Source: Amoebidium appalachense
Lineage: Eukaryota > Protista > Ichthyosporea
Length of the DNA stretch: 64,000 bases
Assembly (NCBI GenBank): GCA_963693365.1
Contig: CAVNZM010000003.1
Location: 8,117,312-8,181,311, forward strand
Reading direction: 5' to 3'
The translations under genes were made by a program, and so were the position numbers. Of the stretch, positions 58,537 to 64,000 are shown one piece after another (positions within the stretch are counted from its first letter, which is position 1; every line of letters starts with the position of its first letter). Below the pieces are notes generated by a model. The model searched no databases, was not told where the DNA came from, and worked only from the letters and a program-made list of their open reading frames with translations.

Positions 58537-58858
58537 GTTTGTTACGGTCACAGTAGATCAACTGTGATTAGAACTGCTAATTTTTGGTGTGCTGTTACGT
58601 AGGTTGGTGTCTGACTTAGCAAGTAATTTTCTTTTTATAATGACTTTATTGATGTGCTCATGAAAGAGAAGCAAGCCGGAGATATCATAGATATCTCAAG
58701 TAATTTTGCAGACTGTTCGATAGGTAAGACGGGAGGGAAGAAGAAAGCTTTTGTGTGCGAGCGGTTATATGTATAACTGTGTAGCCTACTTTACTGAAAG
58801 TACCTGTGCGTGTTTAACGTTAGGCTGAAGATGTATGCATGCCCCGCCTTCCTGTTCG

Positions 58859-58986
<128 letters not shown>

Positions 58987-59501
58987 CGTGCGTGTTTGTA
59001 TGTACGTGCGTGTGTACGTGTGTGTGTGTGTGTGTTTGTGTACGTGTGTACGTGTCTCTGTGGGTCTGTGCGTGTATGTGTGGGTCTGTGTGTGTGTTTG
59101 TGTGTGTGTGAGTGTATGTGCGTGCGTGCGTGTGTGTGTGAGCGCGTGCGGGTGTGCGCGGGTCTGCACGCGTGTTTGGGAGAGGAGGGAGAGCGGAGGG
59201 CGGGGACGTGTGTGTTTGCGGACAAGAAATAAAATGGAACACAGCAAAGCTATATCGGTGTAGTGCGTTTTTGAAAGTGGCCTATTGTACCACACCTGTT
59301 ACACAACTAGCATTTGATTGGAGGAAGGTGCAGCAGTTACGTAAGAGGACGTAGTATGATTGGTTTAGCGCGTATCCACAGTGTAACAATCAAGGCTTTG
59401 GTAACAATGCGTCAGCAACAAGGCCTCCTAAATAGCACACCTGTGCTATTTAGGAGGCCTTGTGCTATTTAGGAGGCCTTGGTCAGCAACGGTGTCTTTG
59501 G

Positions 59502-59535
<34 letters not shown>

Positions 59536-59559
59536 CCCCTCGGTAACTTGTAGCGAAAA

Positions 59560-63170
<3,611 letters not shown>

Positions 63171-63620
63171 CTGTATTAGATATTTATGTTTTTGTTTGTG
63201 CTGCACTTCGCCTTCACTCGAAGCGTCTGCCTAAGTTCTCCTAAACTCAAGCAATCTTGAAACGCAAACCCCTAATATGGTGAAATGAAAAGCAATGCCG
63301 TTGCAGAGAACTTGGTTCAAATTGTCCTGGTTAACAGCGGCCGAACAAAACAAGAGCTTTATAATACCCTCATCTAAATTAAACCAAAATGACTGGTTAT
63401 GGTTATGCAAAATATTTTATCTACTGAAGTTTTGAAGCTTTTGAAAGTAAGAAGAATCTTATTATCATGTTTTCGGCACACGCAAACTGAACAACGTACC
63501 CCCCTTTACCGTTCGCGCCACTCAGCTAGGGGGATGGTTGCTCCTTTGTTTACATTTACGCTGATTGGCTGTTCATTATAGCCCGCCTTTGATTGGTAGA
63601 GAGAATATTTTGGCGGACCT

Positions 63621-63694
63621 ATGGCGCATGAAGGTGGCTTCCGCGCCTTTTTCCAACGGATTACAGATCCGGGCCAGACCCGTGACCCGACTAA
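63621..63694 (+). CDS. Probable first coding exon of the next gene (MAHEGGFRAFFQRITDPGQTRDPTK)
   Basis: ATG lies downstream of two inverted CCAAT boxes (tgattgg at about 63562 and 63590). Open frame to AAG|GT, then AT-rich sequence. Confidence 0.35.
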
Positions 63695-64000
63695 GGTTAT
63701 TCCCAAGCTTGCGATAGATATAAAAACCAATGAAACCCACAACTTTCTTCATAAAAATTGTTCATTTCATCGCATTACTTCCATTAGTAGCTTATATTTA
63801 TATGGTTTTGTGTCTGCTACAGTGCTTATTTATTTCGGGTCTAACTCTGCTACAAGCGAACCAAGGCGCCGGCGCGAAACAGTAAGAACTTAGAGGGCAC
63901 TGATTCTTAGCCAATAGCAACGGATACAATATGTACCGCCCTAGGACAAAAAGACATATGAAACATGGAGCAGCGTAACATCTTGACAGCCCCAAATACT

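Overview
Eukaryotic genomic DNA with many short exons and introns packed with (CA)n/(GT)n, (CT)n and poly-C/G/A/T tracts. Most entries in the supplied ORF track are microsatellite artefacts. Joining exons by hand at GT-AG sites gives: (1) the 3' part of a + strand coiled-coil/Pro-rich gene ending in two CCHC zinc knuckles; (2) a - strand PIAS/SIZ SUMO E3 ligase; (3) a divergently transcribed + strand LisH-WD40 gene whose introns hold two tRNA-Thr genes, a 30-bp pre-miRNA-like hairpin and a MITE; (4) a type II membrane protein with two DUF1647-like glycosyltransferase domains; (5) a - strand INTS14/VWA9 homolog; (6) an intronless, prokaryote-like NmrA/SDR gene. The most unusual signal is a family of about 12 copies of a roughly 270-nt intronic element. 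Every copy is sense to its host gene, most keep the 3' end and finish in a poly(C) run, many are 5'-truncated, and the core shows covarying stems and a possible pseudoknot. Also notable: many splice sites are formed directly by microsatellites, and two coding exons change frame by +1 at C-runs. A unicellular holozoan-like host is an inference only. All gene models and family names come from manual reading and recall, not from database searches.
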